The notes under the pieces are model-generated. The model was not told the origin of the DNA. It ran no database searches and saw only the letters and a list, made by a program, of their open reading frames with translations. Of a stretch of DNA of 64,000 nt, positions 26,440 to 34,523 are shown one piece after another (within the stretch, counting starts at the first letter, position 1; every line of letters begins with the position of its first letter). This DNA is from a virus. Location of the stretch: positions 1 through 64,000 of IMG/VR virus record IMGVR_UViG_3300032893_000005; one strand, written 5' to 3'. The position numbers and the translations under genes are program-made.

Positions 26440-27119
26440 TCCTGCGGTTTACCCTTATTCTGAACAGACCCGGCAAGTGCCCGGAGGATCTTCGACTGAA
26501 GTTCCTGAGTTATGGCCGGACGTGAGGGCTCTTGAGTGTTCACGGTTACGCCCTGGTTGACGTTGATCTGCGTAAGGCTAGCTGGGGCCTTGGCCTTATC
26601 TTCTCCGGTGATCTTAGAGATAGTCTCGATCACTTCCTTGTACATCTTCATGCTGGTGATCTGGAACTCAGGCAGGTCATCGGCATTGCCGGTCTGGAGG
26701 TACTTGAGCATCTTCTCGCGGTGCTGCTTGTGCATCACGGACATCGTGTTCGTTAAGAACTCGATCGACTCCATCTTCTGGCGCTGTAGGCTCGCCACGG
26801 CACGCTTCGTCAAGTTGACGGTATACTCGTCCCTCTCTCGGTCCCACTCGAACTTCTTGCGACAGTAGAGGACGTCGGCCTCGCTGAACCCCTTGTTCTG
26901 GGCCGCGATCTCAGCGCACGAGTACCCTTGTATGAACAGTGCGGCCATCTGAGCAGAGAGAGTCGGTGAGATCGGCTTGAAGCCGGTATCCACCGCTCTC
27001 CTCAAGAGTTCCTTCTCATGCTCCGTCCATCCAAGCAGCTCGATGACTGTTGGCTGCTGTGTCACAGGAGTAGTGTCCGGGGGTAGGACCTCTGGTATGC
27101 TAGGCTTGTTCTGTTCCAT
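26436..27119 (-). CDS. Probable terminase small subunit
   Basis: HTH (GYSCAEIA...W), coupled upstream of terL. Confidence 0.6.
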   Translation of the reverse strand: MEQNKPSIPEVLPPDTTPVTQQPTVIELLGWTEHEKELLRRAVDTGFKPISPTLSAQMAALFIQGYSCAEIAAQNKGFSEADVLYCRKKFEWDRERDEYTVNLTKRAVASLQRQKMESIEFLTNTMSVMHKQHREKMLKYLQTGNADDLPEFQITSMKMYKEVIETISKITGEDKAKAPASLTQINVNQGVTVNTQEPSRPAITQELQSKILRALAGSVQNKGKPQE

Positions 27120-27489
27120 CGATATACACCTTCACTGTTTGTACCCAACCAGACAACAAGGCCATAGTCCAGGTTCTGAGGTTAAGAGCTGCGATAGCTC
27201 GCTCCTGTTCGTAAACCTTCTTCGGTATCCGGTACTTGAATACCTTGTACCACCACCCTTTTCGGGGAAGCGGCTTCGACTTCTCCGTGACCAAGTCGTA
27301 CACGATCATCTTCTCGTCCGGCACTATCTTAAAGGTGCTCGGCAGAGAGATGTTGCAGCACGCTATGGTATACTTCTCCATCTGAATGGTCAGGTAGTCG
27401 TGCAAGATGCCGTAGTGCACCAGCGCGATCTTCGCAAGGATGTAGTCTTGGTCCTGCGAGTTTATATTAGACTGCTTACCTTGTGCCAA
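27100..27489 (-). CDS. Hypothetical protein
   Basis: ORF overlapping neighbours in the operon. Confidence 0.55.
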   Translation of the reverse strand: MAQGKQSNINSQDQDYILAKIALVHYGILHDYLTIQMEKYTIACCNISLPSTFKIVPDEKMIVYDLVTEKSKPLPRKGWWYKVFKYRIPKKVYEQERAIAALNLRTWTMALLSGWVQTVKVYIDGTEQA

Positions 27490-28481
27490 ACCTTCTCCCT
27501 TATCTCGGGTTGTATGTCTGCGACTTCAAGGACGTACTTCTTCATAGCCTGCTTGATGTCTCCAGACTCTTCGATCGACACCCTTCCCTCGAGCTTCTTC
27601 TTGATGTTCGGAACAAAGCGAACTCGACCTACTAGGTTCACGTTCTCTTTGGTGAAGGCTTCGTAGAACTCCTCGCTGCCTTCGACGGTGACCTTGATCT
27701 CATCGCCGATCTTGGCATTCAAGGCGTCGACGTTGACCTTTACGACCCCGCCATCTTCCGTATACTTCCACGAAAAGTAACGCTTGGCCAGGTGATCCGT
27801 ACAGATCGGGGCCAGCTCAAAGGTGTGAACCTTGCCGTCGGAGATGTGATAGATGAACTTTGAGTCATTCGCCTCACCGCGAGTTACCATACGCGGAGTT
27901 CCGACGTACGTCACTTTGCCGATAGTCTGGGCTTTGTGTATGTGGCCGGAGATGATGGCTCTGTAGTTGAGGTCTGCGCCTTTGACTCCATGTGGTATCG
28001 GGGTTCCGTTCTCGTAGCATGCACCATCAAACGTCTGGTGACAGAGTAGGATCTTGTCTTGCGTATTGGCGAAGCCATTTGCGACTGATACGAACTTGTC
28101 GTTGTCGTGCATGAACGCAACGTAGACGTAGTCATCATCCCAGGCAGTGCTAGACACAACCTTAACATTCTGAAGCTCGCCGAACGTCGCCTCGCAGATG
28201 TTTATCTGTGCGTTGGATGGTGATATGCCGTCGTGGTTACCAGAAATGATCCAAACTTGAGCGACCGTGGCTATCTCCTGCAAGTATCTACGATAAATAT
28301 GGATTATCTCCTGTCGCACTACTGCATGTGTGTGAAACATGTCGCCTAGAAAGATAACTCTCTTAGGCGATCGATCGATAGCCTGCTGGAGTATGAACTC
28401 GAGTAGGCGTACCGTATCGCCCAAGTTTGATACCTGGGCGTGCATGTCTCCGATGATGAGGTCGTTGTGCCTAGTTGTCAC
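27462..28481 (-). CDS. sbcD: SbcD/Mre11-like nuclease
   Basis: GDMH, GDMFH, GNHD, HQ, GHIH motifs. Confidence 0.85.
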   Translation of the reverse strand: MTTRHNDLIIGDMHAQVSNLGDTVRLLEFILQQAIDRSPKRVIFLGDMFHTHAVVRQEIIHIYRRYLQEIATVAQVWIISGNHDGISPSNAQINICEATFGELQNVKVVSSTAWDDDYVYVAFMHDNDKFVSVANGFANTQDKILLCHQTFDGACYENGTPIPHGVKGADLNYRAIISGHIHKAQTIGKVTYVGTPRMVTRGEANDSKFIYHISDGKVHTFELAPICTDHLAKRYFSWKYTEDGGVVKVNVDALNAKIGDEIKVTVEGSEEFYEAFTKENVNLVGRVRFVPNIKKKLEGRVSIEESGDIKQAMKKYVLEVADIQPEIREKVWHKVSSLI

Positions 28482-28761
28482 TTACGCCTACCGTGAGGTT
28501 CTCGGGAAGCAGGATGAACTCGACCCCGTCGTCAGACAGGCGATGGCGCTCAGAGAAGGTCGTGAGCTTTGAGATCTCAGCCTTGAAGTATATGGTCTGA
28601 CCAGCCTTGAACTGCTTAGAGTCAAACACGACCTTGCTTGAGATGATCGTCCTCATAGTTCGATCTGTACCAGAGAATCCAGCAACGATCCTCTTGCTCT
28701 CGCCCTTGTCGTGCCCAAGCTCTATGGGAGCAACTGCGACGTAGTCATTTAAGGTCTTCAA
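28471..28761 (-). CDS. GroES/Cpn10-like co-chaperonin (divergent)
   Basis: 96 aa; MKTLNDYVAV (cf. PL.DRV.V), KAGQTIYF (cf. KVGD.V.F), DGVEFILLPE (cf. DG.EY.IL.E). Confidence 0.6.
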   Translation of the reverse strand: MKTLNDYVAVAPIELGHDKGESKRIVAGFSGTDRTMRTIISSKVVFDSKQFKAGQTIYFKAEISKLTTFSERHRLSDDGVEFILLPENLTVGVSDN

Positions 28762-29746
28762 CGTGTACCTCCGTAAGTATTCCCTGAACGCCTTTGAGGG
28801 TCAGGATCTTCTTTTCAAGTAAAGTGAGCGTCATCATGAAGTCTTGAAGATGGCTCATCAGGTTGTTGTGCTCGACCATCAAGTATGGATCGTTGTTTGA
28901 GTCGCTAGGATGGGCAAGCGTGTCTACCATCCTCAGGTCAGTTCCCTCAAACTCCTTGTCCAAGGACATGTAGGAAGACGCTGCTATGAGGTCGTTGATC
29001 TCAGACTCCGATGAGTCCGGCACCAGCTTCGCGATCTCCTCTGCCTTAGCGTTGGGGAGCTTCTCGAGGATGCGTCTGATCTTGTAGAGTTTCTTACCTG
29101 CGTGTGGTCCGATCGAGACGCTTAGGTTCAGTAGGTTCCCGTTGATCAGGTAGGCTACCATCCATCCGATCGCGAACTGGTGAAACGGAGTTCCGTCTTC
29201 TAGGATGAACTTGTCGACCGCAGCGATCAGACCCTCGTTGGAGTTCTGGATTAGGTCTGAGAAGTCCATGGTAGCTGACGTGCGAACGTGACCCTTGGCT
29301 CGATTCATTCCAAGCCTCAGGTACATGTTTACTATCGACTCGCGAACCATCTTGATGTCTTCGAAAGTTTCCTTGAGGGCAGGGCTCTCCTTGCCAAGAG
29401 CCTTCAGGGTGTCCATGGCGAACTTGCAGAACTGGAAGTTTACCTTCACGTCGTGAAGCATCTTCGGCTTCGAGTGATCGATCGCGTAGTTGACGGTTTC
29501 CTTGTACGCACCTTCCTTCTCTCTGAAGTAAGGGCGAGCAGTCAGGATGTTGCCTTCTTGGTAGCGGATGAACTTGATGAACTCGTGGTAGACCTGCTTG
29601 CCGCCGCCTACCGACTTCAGCTTTCGCGAGAACTGGTTCTCCAGGCCGTAGAGCTTCTTGAAGAGGTCCTCTACGCTCGCTTGGTCGAGACCTTCCATCG
29701 CCTCGTTCATCTCCTTTACGTACATCTGTACTACTGTAATGCTCAT
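28745..29746 (-). CDS. Phage sigma70-family factor (region 4 apparently truncated)
   Basis: Region 2 DLIQNSNEGLIAAVDKF..G..F..FA..W; region 3 AEEIA..SLD; ends shortly after LT.LEK.IL. Confidence 0.85.
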   Translation of the reverse strand: MSITVVQMYVKEMNEAMEGLDQASVEDLFKKLYGLENQFSRKLKSVGGGKQVYHEFIKFIRYQEGNILTARPYFREKEGAYKETVNYAIDHSKPKMLHDVKVNFQFCKFAMDTLKALGKESPALKETFEDIKMVRESIVNMYLRLGMNRAKGHVRTSATMDFSDLIQNSNEGLIAAVDKFILEDGTPFHQFAIGWMVAYLINGNLLNLSVSIGPHAGKKLYKIRRILEKLPNAKAEEIAKLVPDSSESEINDLIAASSYMSLDKEFEGTDLRMVDTLAHPSDSNNDPYLMVEHNNLMSHLQDFMMTLTLLEKKILTLKGVQGILTEVHVEDLK

Positions 29747-29747
29747 C

Positions 29748-31178
29748 TCATCCTGCCATCTTCACTACTTGAACAGGGCCAACTTCTGAGAAGTAACTCA
29801 TGCAGATGTCACCATGCCTCTTGAGCATGGGGACGTTGGTTATCCTGAAGGCAACGACCTTACACTCGTACTTACCGGTTGGAGGGTCGATGCGTGTACT
29901 CCTACCGATTGGACCTTGCTTAACCTTCGTTCCTGCCTTGTTGCCGAGCCAAGAGATCGTCAGTCTGTTTGGCTTGAAGTCGGTACCGGTCGTCACAGCC
30001 GAAGTTCCGACGACGCACTTTATCTTACCAGCGTTGAACTCTTCGCAGATCGCGTTGCCGTCGGCTTCACCTGAAGCGAACTTGTACGGTACACGCAAGA
30101 GGACTGATAAGATCTCGTTCTGGACGTACTCGTCGACCAAGATCAAGGTCGGCATGCCGCCGAGAACAGCTTCGTTTGCCAGACCTGCGACCATGTGCGC
30201 TATGTCGTAGTTCTTGTAGATGTGGGTCTGGTTCATCTTCACTACGTTATCTGATTTATACGTCGACTTGCTGCTTACGTCAAACACTAAGAACGACAGC
30301 TTAGCAAGTACGCCGTCGGTGATCGCCTGCTGGATCGTGTACGTGTAGACGCGCTTCCCTATGATGCCTTCCAGCATGAGGTCCTTGCCGTCGTTTCGCT
30401 CTTGGGTAGCTGAGAGGAACCATCGGTATGGGCAATGGGCGAGGAGGTCGCAGCAGAAGTACTGGAACTCTTTCGCCGGGAGCGTGTGGCTCTCGTCTGA
30501 GATGAAGACCTTGTACTTGAGGAACTCCTTCTTCATCTCTGGGTCCTTGACCATAGAGAGGCTCTTGCCTACACAGATCAGGATGTCTTTGCCGATCTCC
30601 TTCTTCCCAGCGCCGAACATGCCGACGCGCTTCTTCCCGAAGTACCTGATGGCTTCCTTGTAGAACGCCTTCGCAAGGTTCGTCTTCGGAGTGGAGATTA
30701 TGACTGGGATACCGGCGGCCTTGGTGAGGAGGTGTGCCAGGAAGCTCTTGCCGACGCCAGTTGCCATCTCGACGTGCGAGTGTGGGTTCGCAAGTAGGGC
30801 GGTGAAACCCTTCGTCTGGTGGGCCATAGGATCATACGGCGGCTTGTTGTCCCAGGGGATGAGCTTAAACTCTGGAAGTTCTACCTTAGACTCGAACGTC
30901 GTTCCGGGGAAAGCTTCCTGAACGCGGGTTTGAAGGCCTGACAGGAACCAGTAGTTGTTTCCATCAAACTCGAGCATGCTCCTGTTCAGGTCAGGCTTCA
31001 GCTTCTCGATGCGCTCTAGGCAATAAGCCTCTCCCCACTTGTGCTTCATCTTGGCAAGCGTCTTGATCTGACGCTCGACGGTACGATCCTTGTACGCAAG
31101 GAGACTCCGCAGCTTCGAGATCTCCTCGTCGCTGGCATAAACTACTATCTTTACTGGGTTTTCTTGAACAAGTTGCAT
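29748..31178 (-). CDS. SF2 DExH helicase (UvsW-like)
   Basis: ATGVGKS, DESH, SAT, Q..GRSTR. Confidence 0.9.
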   Translation of the reverse strand: MQLVQENPVKIVVYASDEEISKLRSLLAYKDRTVERQIKTLAKMKHKWGEAYCLERIEKLKPDLNRSMLEFDGNNYWFLSGLQTRVQEAFPGTTFESKVELPEFKLIPWDNKPPYDPMAHQTKGFTALLANPHSHVEMATGVGKSFLAHLLTKAAGIPVIISTPKTNLAKAFYKEAIRYFGKKRVGMFGAGKKEIGKDILICVGKSLSMVKDPEMKKEFLKYKVFISDESHTLPAKEFQYFCCDLLAHCPYRWFLSATQERNDGKDLMLEGIIGKRVYTYTIQQAITDGVLAKLSFLVFDVSSKSTYKSDNVVKMNQTHIYKNYDIAHMVAGLANEAVLGGMPTLILVDEYVQNEILSVLLRVPYKFASGEADGNAICEEFNAGKIKCVVGTSAVTTGTDFKPNRLTISWLGNKAGTKVKQGPIGRSTRIDPPTGKYECKVVAFRITNVPMLKRHGDICMSYFSEVGPVQVVKMAG

Positions 31179-31236
31179 CTGGCCTTTGTATCGGTTTGAG
31201 ACATGGCGTCAATTTTACTTGACAACCATCTCAGAC

Positions 31237-31265
31237 AGGATAGTGCCAGATTGTGTAAAGGTCAA
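31237..31265 (-). promoter_or_regulatory. Sigma70-type promoter for helicase-sigma-terminase operon
   Basis: TTGACC-N17-TATCCT on the minus strand. Confidence 0.6.
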
Positions 31266-31963
31266 GAGAGAGGATTGTCCCTCTTTCGACGCTCCTCAGC
31301 CGTGCGCTTCTCGACGAGGTCTCGGTACTCTTTGCTGCCCACTCTTGGAAGCGGTGCGTCATGCCTGGTAACAATACTCTGTTGTTCACTTACGAGGAGA
31401 GGGACGGTCTCTAAAGCCGTCCCGATCGTACTTCGTGGGACGTTAGTACTACGTACTCCGTCCCCAAGTCCGTCCCCAAGTCCGTCCCCAAGTCCGTCCC
31501 CACTTTTTCCTTGTCGTTTTATGAAAGAAAAACACTCGTTAAGAAGCTCTTCTCGGGAACGGCCCTTCATATGTTTTAGTAGGTCTGAGTCAACAACCTC
31601 CACTATCCATGGCTTACTCTTCTCCTGACTGATGAGCTTCAAGATGTTCGCGGTGAACAGAGCCGATAAGATCTCAGTCCATCGATCGTTCCTGATCCCA
31701 AAGCTGACATGGTTCTTATCCTCCCTGATCAACTTCATGGTCAAGTCTCTGGTCATACATATAATCTGTCGATTGTGATAGTGCAGTGCGTTGTAAATGG
31801 ATACGATGGCTTTCTGGGTATTGTTGTTGGCTTGGTCATAGAGTGACTTACACTCGATCCAACGAGGCTCACGAAGGGCCTCTTCGTTGAGGGTTTTCGT
31901 GTATCGCAGGCAGATCAAAGACTCTTTCGCTTCACCTATCGTGTTCAGTGTTTTCAAATCCAC
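31262..31963 (-). CDS. Hypothetical protein, possible replication initiator
   Basis: 233 aa with internal 12-bp tandem repeats (GDGL x~4); near the strand switch. Confidence 0.5.
   Translation of the reverse strand: MDLKTLNTIGEAKESLICLRYTKTLNEEALREPRWIECKSLYDQANNNTQKAIVSIYNALHYHNRQIICMTRDLTMKLIREDKNHVSFGIRNDRWTEILSALFTANILKLISQEKSKPWIVEVVDSDLLKHMKGRSREELLNECFSFIKRQGKSGDGLGDGLGDGLGDGVRSTNVPRSTIGTALETVPLLVSEQQSIVTRHDAPLPRVGSKEYRDLVEKRTAEERRKRDNPLS
31457..31502. repeat. 12-bp tandem repeat TCCGTCCCCAAG x3.8
   Basis: Exact copies at 31457, 31469, 31481; partial copy at 31493. Confidence 0.95.
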
Positions 31964-32351
31964 AGAATATGCTCCTAGAGGGTAAATAGTCCTTGATTAT
32001 ATCGTTGACGGTCGCCACTGTTATGTTTGACGTATCGCGGCGTACGAACTCACCGTTCTTGTTCTGCGCCGGGATCATATCTAAGATCAGGCGCTCAAGC
32101 CAACCAGCAAACTCACGCGACTTGTACTCGCCCCAAGTATCAAGATTTTCGCTCATCTCTTCAGGAACAGTGTCATAAGTGAACTGCCACACGAAAACCT
32201 TAGTGATTTTTCTATTCCAGGGCCTGCAGTATGACAACATGCGTTCAGGACTTGAGAACTTGCCAACCTTAAAACCATCGACACCTTCAAAGGTGATGAT
32301 GTAGAATCCGGGTAACTTTGGAAGTTCTCTAAACCAGCGAGTAGGTCTCAT
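31932..32351 (-). CDS. GIY-YIG/T5orf172-like protein, probably leaderless
   Basis: GFYII...FKVG.....R...LE...GEF; ATG 7 nt after a TATATT box. Confidence 0.55.
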   Translation of the reverse strand: MRPTRWFRELPKLPGFYIITFEGVDGFKVGKFSSPERMLSYCRPWNRKITKVFVWQFTYDTVPEEMSENLDTWGEYKSREFAGWLERLILDMIPAQNKNGEFVRRDTSNITVATVNDIIKDYLPSRSIFCGFENTEHDR

Positions 32352-32358
32352 AGCCAAG

Positions 32359-32402
32359 AATATAATTCATGTATTGACCACTCGTCAAGCTACTGCTAAC
32401 CT
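32359..32402. promoter_or_regulatory. Overlapping divergent sigma70 promoters at strand switch
   Basis: Plus TTGACC-N17-TAACCT; minus TTGACG-N18-TATATT; the -35 boxes form the inverted repeat TTGAC-N5-GTCAA. Confidence 0.6.
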
Positions 32403-32426
32403 CAGAAGAGGCAATGAAGGAGAAGT

Positions 32427-34232
32427 ATGTACCAGAGAGAACTAACGAAAGCGAAGACTGCAGCCAAGACGATGACGTCCGACAAGGACAAACTTAAAGA
32501 AATCGTCTTAAGCACCGTTGGACGAGCCGCACGCATGGTCGGCGATACTCTTGGTCCGAACGGAAAAGTTGTCTTGATCGAGAGGCAGGAAAACTTGCCG
32601 CCGTTCACCACCAAAGACGGCATCACCGTCTTCAACTCGATGGCGTTCTCGGACCCAACTGCTCAGGCAGTGCTAGAAGTTGCTCGCGACTCGAGTTCCA
32701 AGACTAACTCTGAGGCTGGCGACGGTACCACGACCGCAACGATCTTGGCTGAGGCCCTGATTCGACGCGGGTTCGAGTACATCGAGAAGAATCCCCACAC
32801 GTCTCCGCAGAAGATCATGCGAGACCTAGAGTTCGCGTTCAAGCAGGTCGTAGAGCCTTTCATTAAGGAGAAGTCTCTCAAGATCCCAGCAAAGGACAGC
32901 GACAACCTTCTTCGCAAAGTCTCGACGATCGCAACTAACAACGACGTTGAGATGACCGACGCCGTTCTCGAAGCGTTCGACCTCGTCGGACACAACGGGA
33001 ACATCACCGTGGCGGAGTCTCCCGGATCTTCCGGCTTCGCAGTGGAGCGCGTCGAAGGCTTCCCGATCGCAGTCGGCTTCGAAGAAACTGCCGGTCGCTA
33101 CATCGAAGAGTTCATCAACGACAAGGGCAACTACCGCATCCAGCTCGAGCGTCCGTGGTTCATCCTGTACAACGGAAAGCTCAACGAGCTTGGGCACCTC
33201 CTACCGATCATCGGCATCCTTGGTCAAGGATACGAGGACTCGATCAAGAAGAAGGAGAAGTTCAGCCCGAACGTGGTCGTAGTAGCTCACCAGTTCTCTG
33301 ACCAAGTCCTCTCTGCCTTCGCGTCGAACTTCGCTGACCCTGGCACGCTTAACATCGTACCCCTTCGTACTATGATGACTCAGCAGGCGAACAGCCCGTA
33401 CCACTTCCTGGTGGACCTGTCAGCCTTCACCGGTGCGACCGTGTTCGACCCGCTCACTAAACCGCTCGAGACGGCAAAGCTTGCAGACCTCGGCTTGGAG
33501 ACTATGGACTTGTTCGAGTCATACCGCTACCGCTCCGTCGTGTTTGGAAAACCGCACGAGGTGAACATCTTGGGTAGGGTAGAAGAACTCGAGCAGCAAG
33601 CGAAGCAGGCCGAGAGCATTCTGGACGGAGAGATCCTCCAGGAACGCATGGCACTCCTGACCGGAGGCATCGCTCGCCTGAAAGTACTCGGAAGTTCAGA
33701 AGCTGAGTTGAAGGAGAAGCGTCACCGCGTCGAAGATGCGGTCGCCTCCATCAAGGGAGCGCTCAAGTACGGCGCTCTGCCCGGCGGCGGCAAGACACTG
33801 CTTGCACTTCGCTCTAAGCTGCTCAGCTCTGACGTGTCAGACGCAGTGAAGCAGATCCTCGCTGAGTCCCTCGCAACTCCGTTCGTTCGCTTGCTCGACA
33901 ACGGCGGGTATAACCCCGACGAGATCGGCCAAGTTCTCGGCGGCATGGGAGTAGACCAAGAAGACTCGTTCATGACCACGTACGACGCCCTCAACCACAA
34001 GTTCGGAAACGCCGTATCAATCGGCGTGCTGGACTCCGCTTCTGCCGTCTTGATGGCGATCAAGAACAGCTTGGCCGTCGCCAAGATGCTCATGACCTTG
34101 TCAGGCATCGTAGTGTTCAAGCGCGATCATGCCTTGGAAGACAGCGTCAGCAAGAGTTACGCAGCCGAGCAAGAAGTTATGGAAGCCGCAGTTCAGCGAG
34201 CCTACAAAGAGAAGTTCGAGCCGCCGAACTAA
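32427..34232 (+). CDS. groEL: Phage GroEL-like chaperonin
   Basis: TLGPNG, TKDGITV, AGDGTTTAT, ER.A.L.GG, PGGG; lacks GGM tail. Confidence 0.93.
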   Translation: MYQRELTKAKTAAKTMTSDKDKLKEIVLSTVGRAARMVGDTLGPNGKVVLIERQENLPPFTTKDGITVFNSMAFSDPTAQAVLEVARDSSSKTNSEAGDGTTTATILAEALIRRGFEYIEKNPHTSPQKIMRDLEFAFKQVVEPFIKEKSLKIPAKDSDNLLRKVSTIATNNDVEMTDAVLEAFDLVGHNGNITVAESPGSSGFAVERVEGFPIAVGFEETAGRYIEEFINDKGNYRIQLERPWFILYNGKLNELGHLLPIIGILGQGYEDSIKKKEKFSPNVVVVAHQFSDQVLSAFASNFADPGTLNIVPLRTMMTQQANSPYHFLVDLSAFTGATVFDPLTKPLETAKLADLGLETMDLFESYRYRSVVFGKPHEVNILGRVEELEQQAKQAESILDGEILQERMALLTGGIARLKVLGSSEAELKEKRHRVEDAVASIKGALKYGALPGGGKTLLALRSKLLSSDVSDAVKQILAESLATPFVRLLDNGGYNPDEIGQVLGGMGVDQEDSFMTTYDALNHKFGNAVSIGVLDSASAVLMAIKNSLAVAKMLMTLSGIVVFKRDHALEDSVSKSYAAEQEVMEAAVQRAYKEKFEPPN

Positions 34233-34241
34233 GGAGACACC

Positions 34242-34523
34242 GTGCCACTGTTCCTGTTCAAGTGCAACTTATGCTCTAACGAGATCAAGAAGCTCCTCGA
34301 CAAGCGCCCTGGCTTCCTCCAGTGCGAGTGCGGCGGTGCGATGGAAGTTCAGCAGCCCGACGTTAGCACCACCAGCGTTGAGGTCGTCGACAACGGTGCC
34401 ATGATCAAGAAGGTCGAGCTTCGCCGCGACGCCGTAGCTAAGGCGAAGGAGAAGGGCGATCGGTACATCCAGACTATGGAAACCAGGGATAAGATCTTGA
34501 GGAAAAATGAAGATAACACTTGA
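34242..34523 (+). CDS. FmdB-like zinc-ribbon protein
   Basis: MPLF.FKC..C...C.CGG. Confidence 0.7.
   Translation: MPLFLFKCNLCSNEIKKLLDKRPGFLQCECGGAMEVQQPDVSTTSVEVVDNGAMIKKVELRRDAVAKAKEKGDRYIQTMETRDKILRKNEDNT

Noticed and set aside
31457-31502. CRISPR array
   Set aside because: 12-bp head-to-tail repeats with no spacers and no cas genes.
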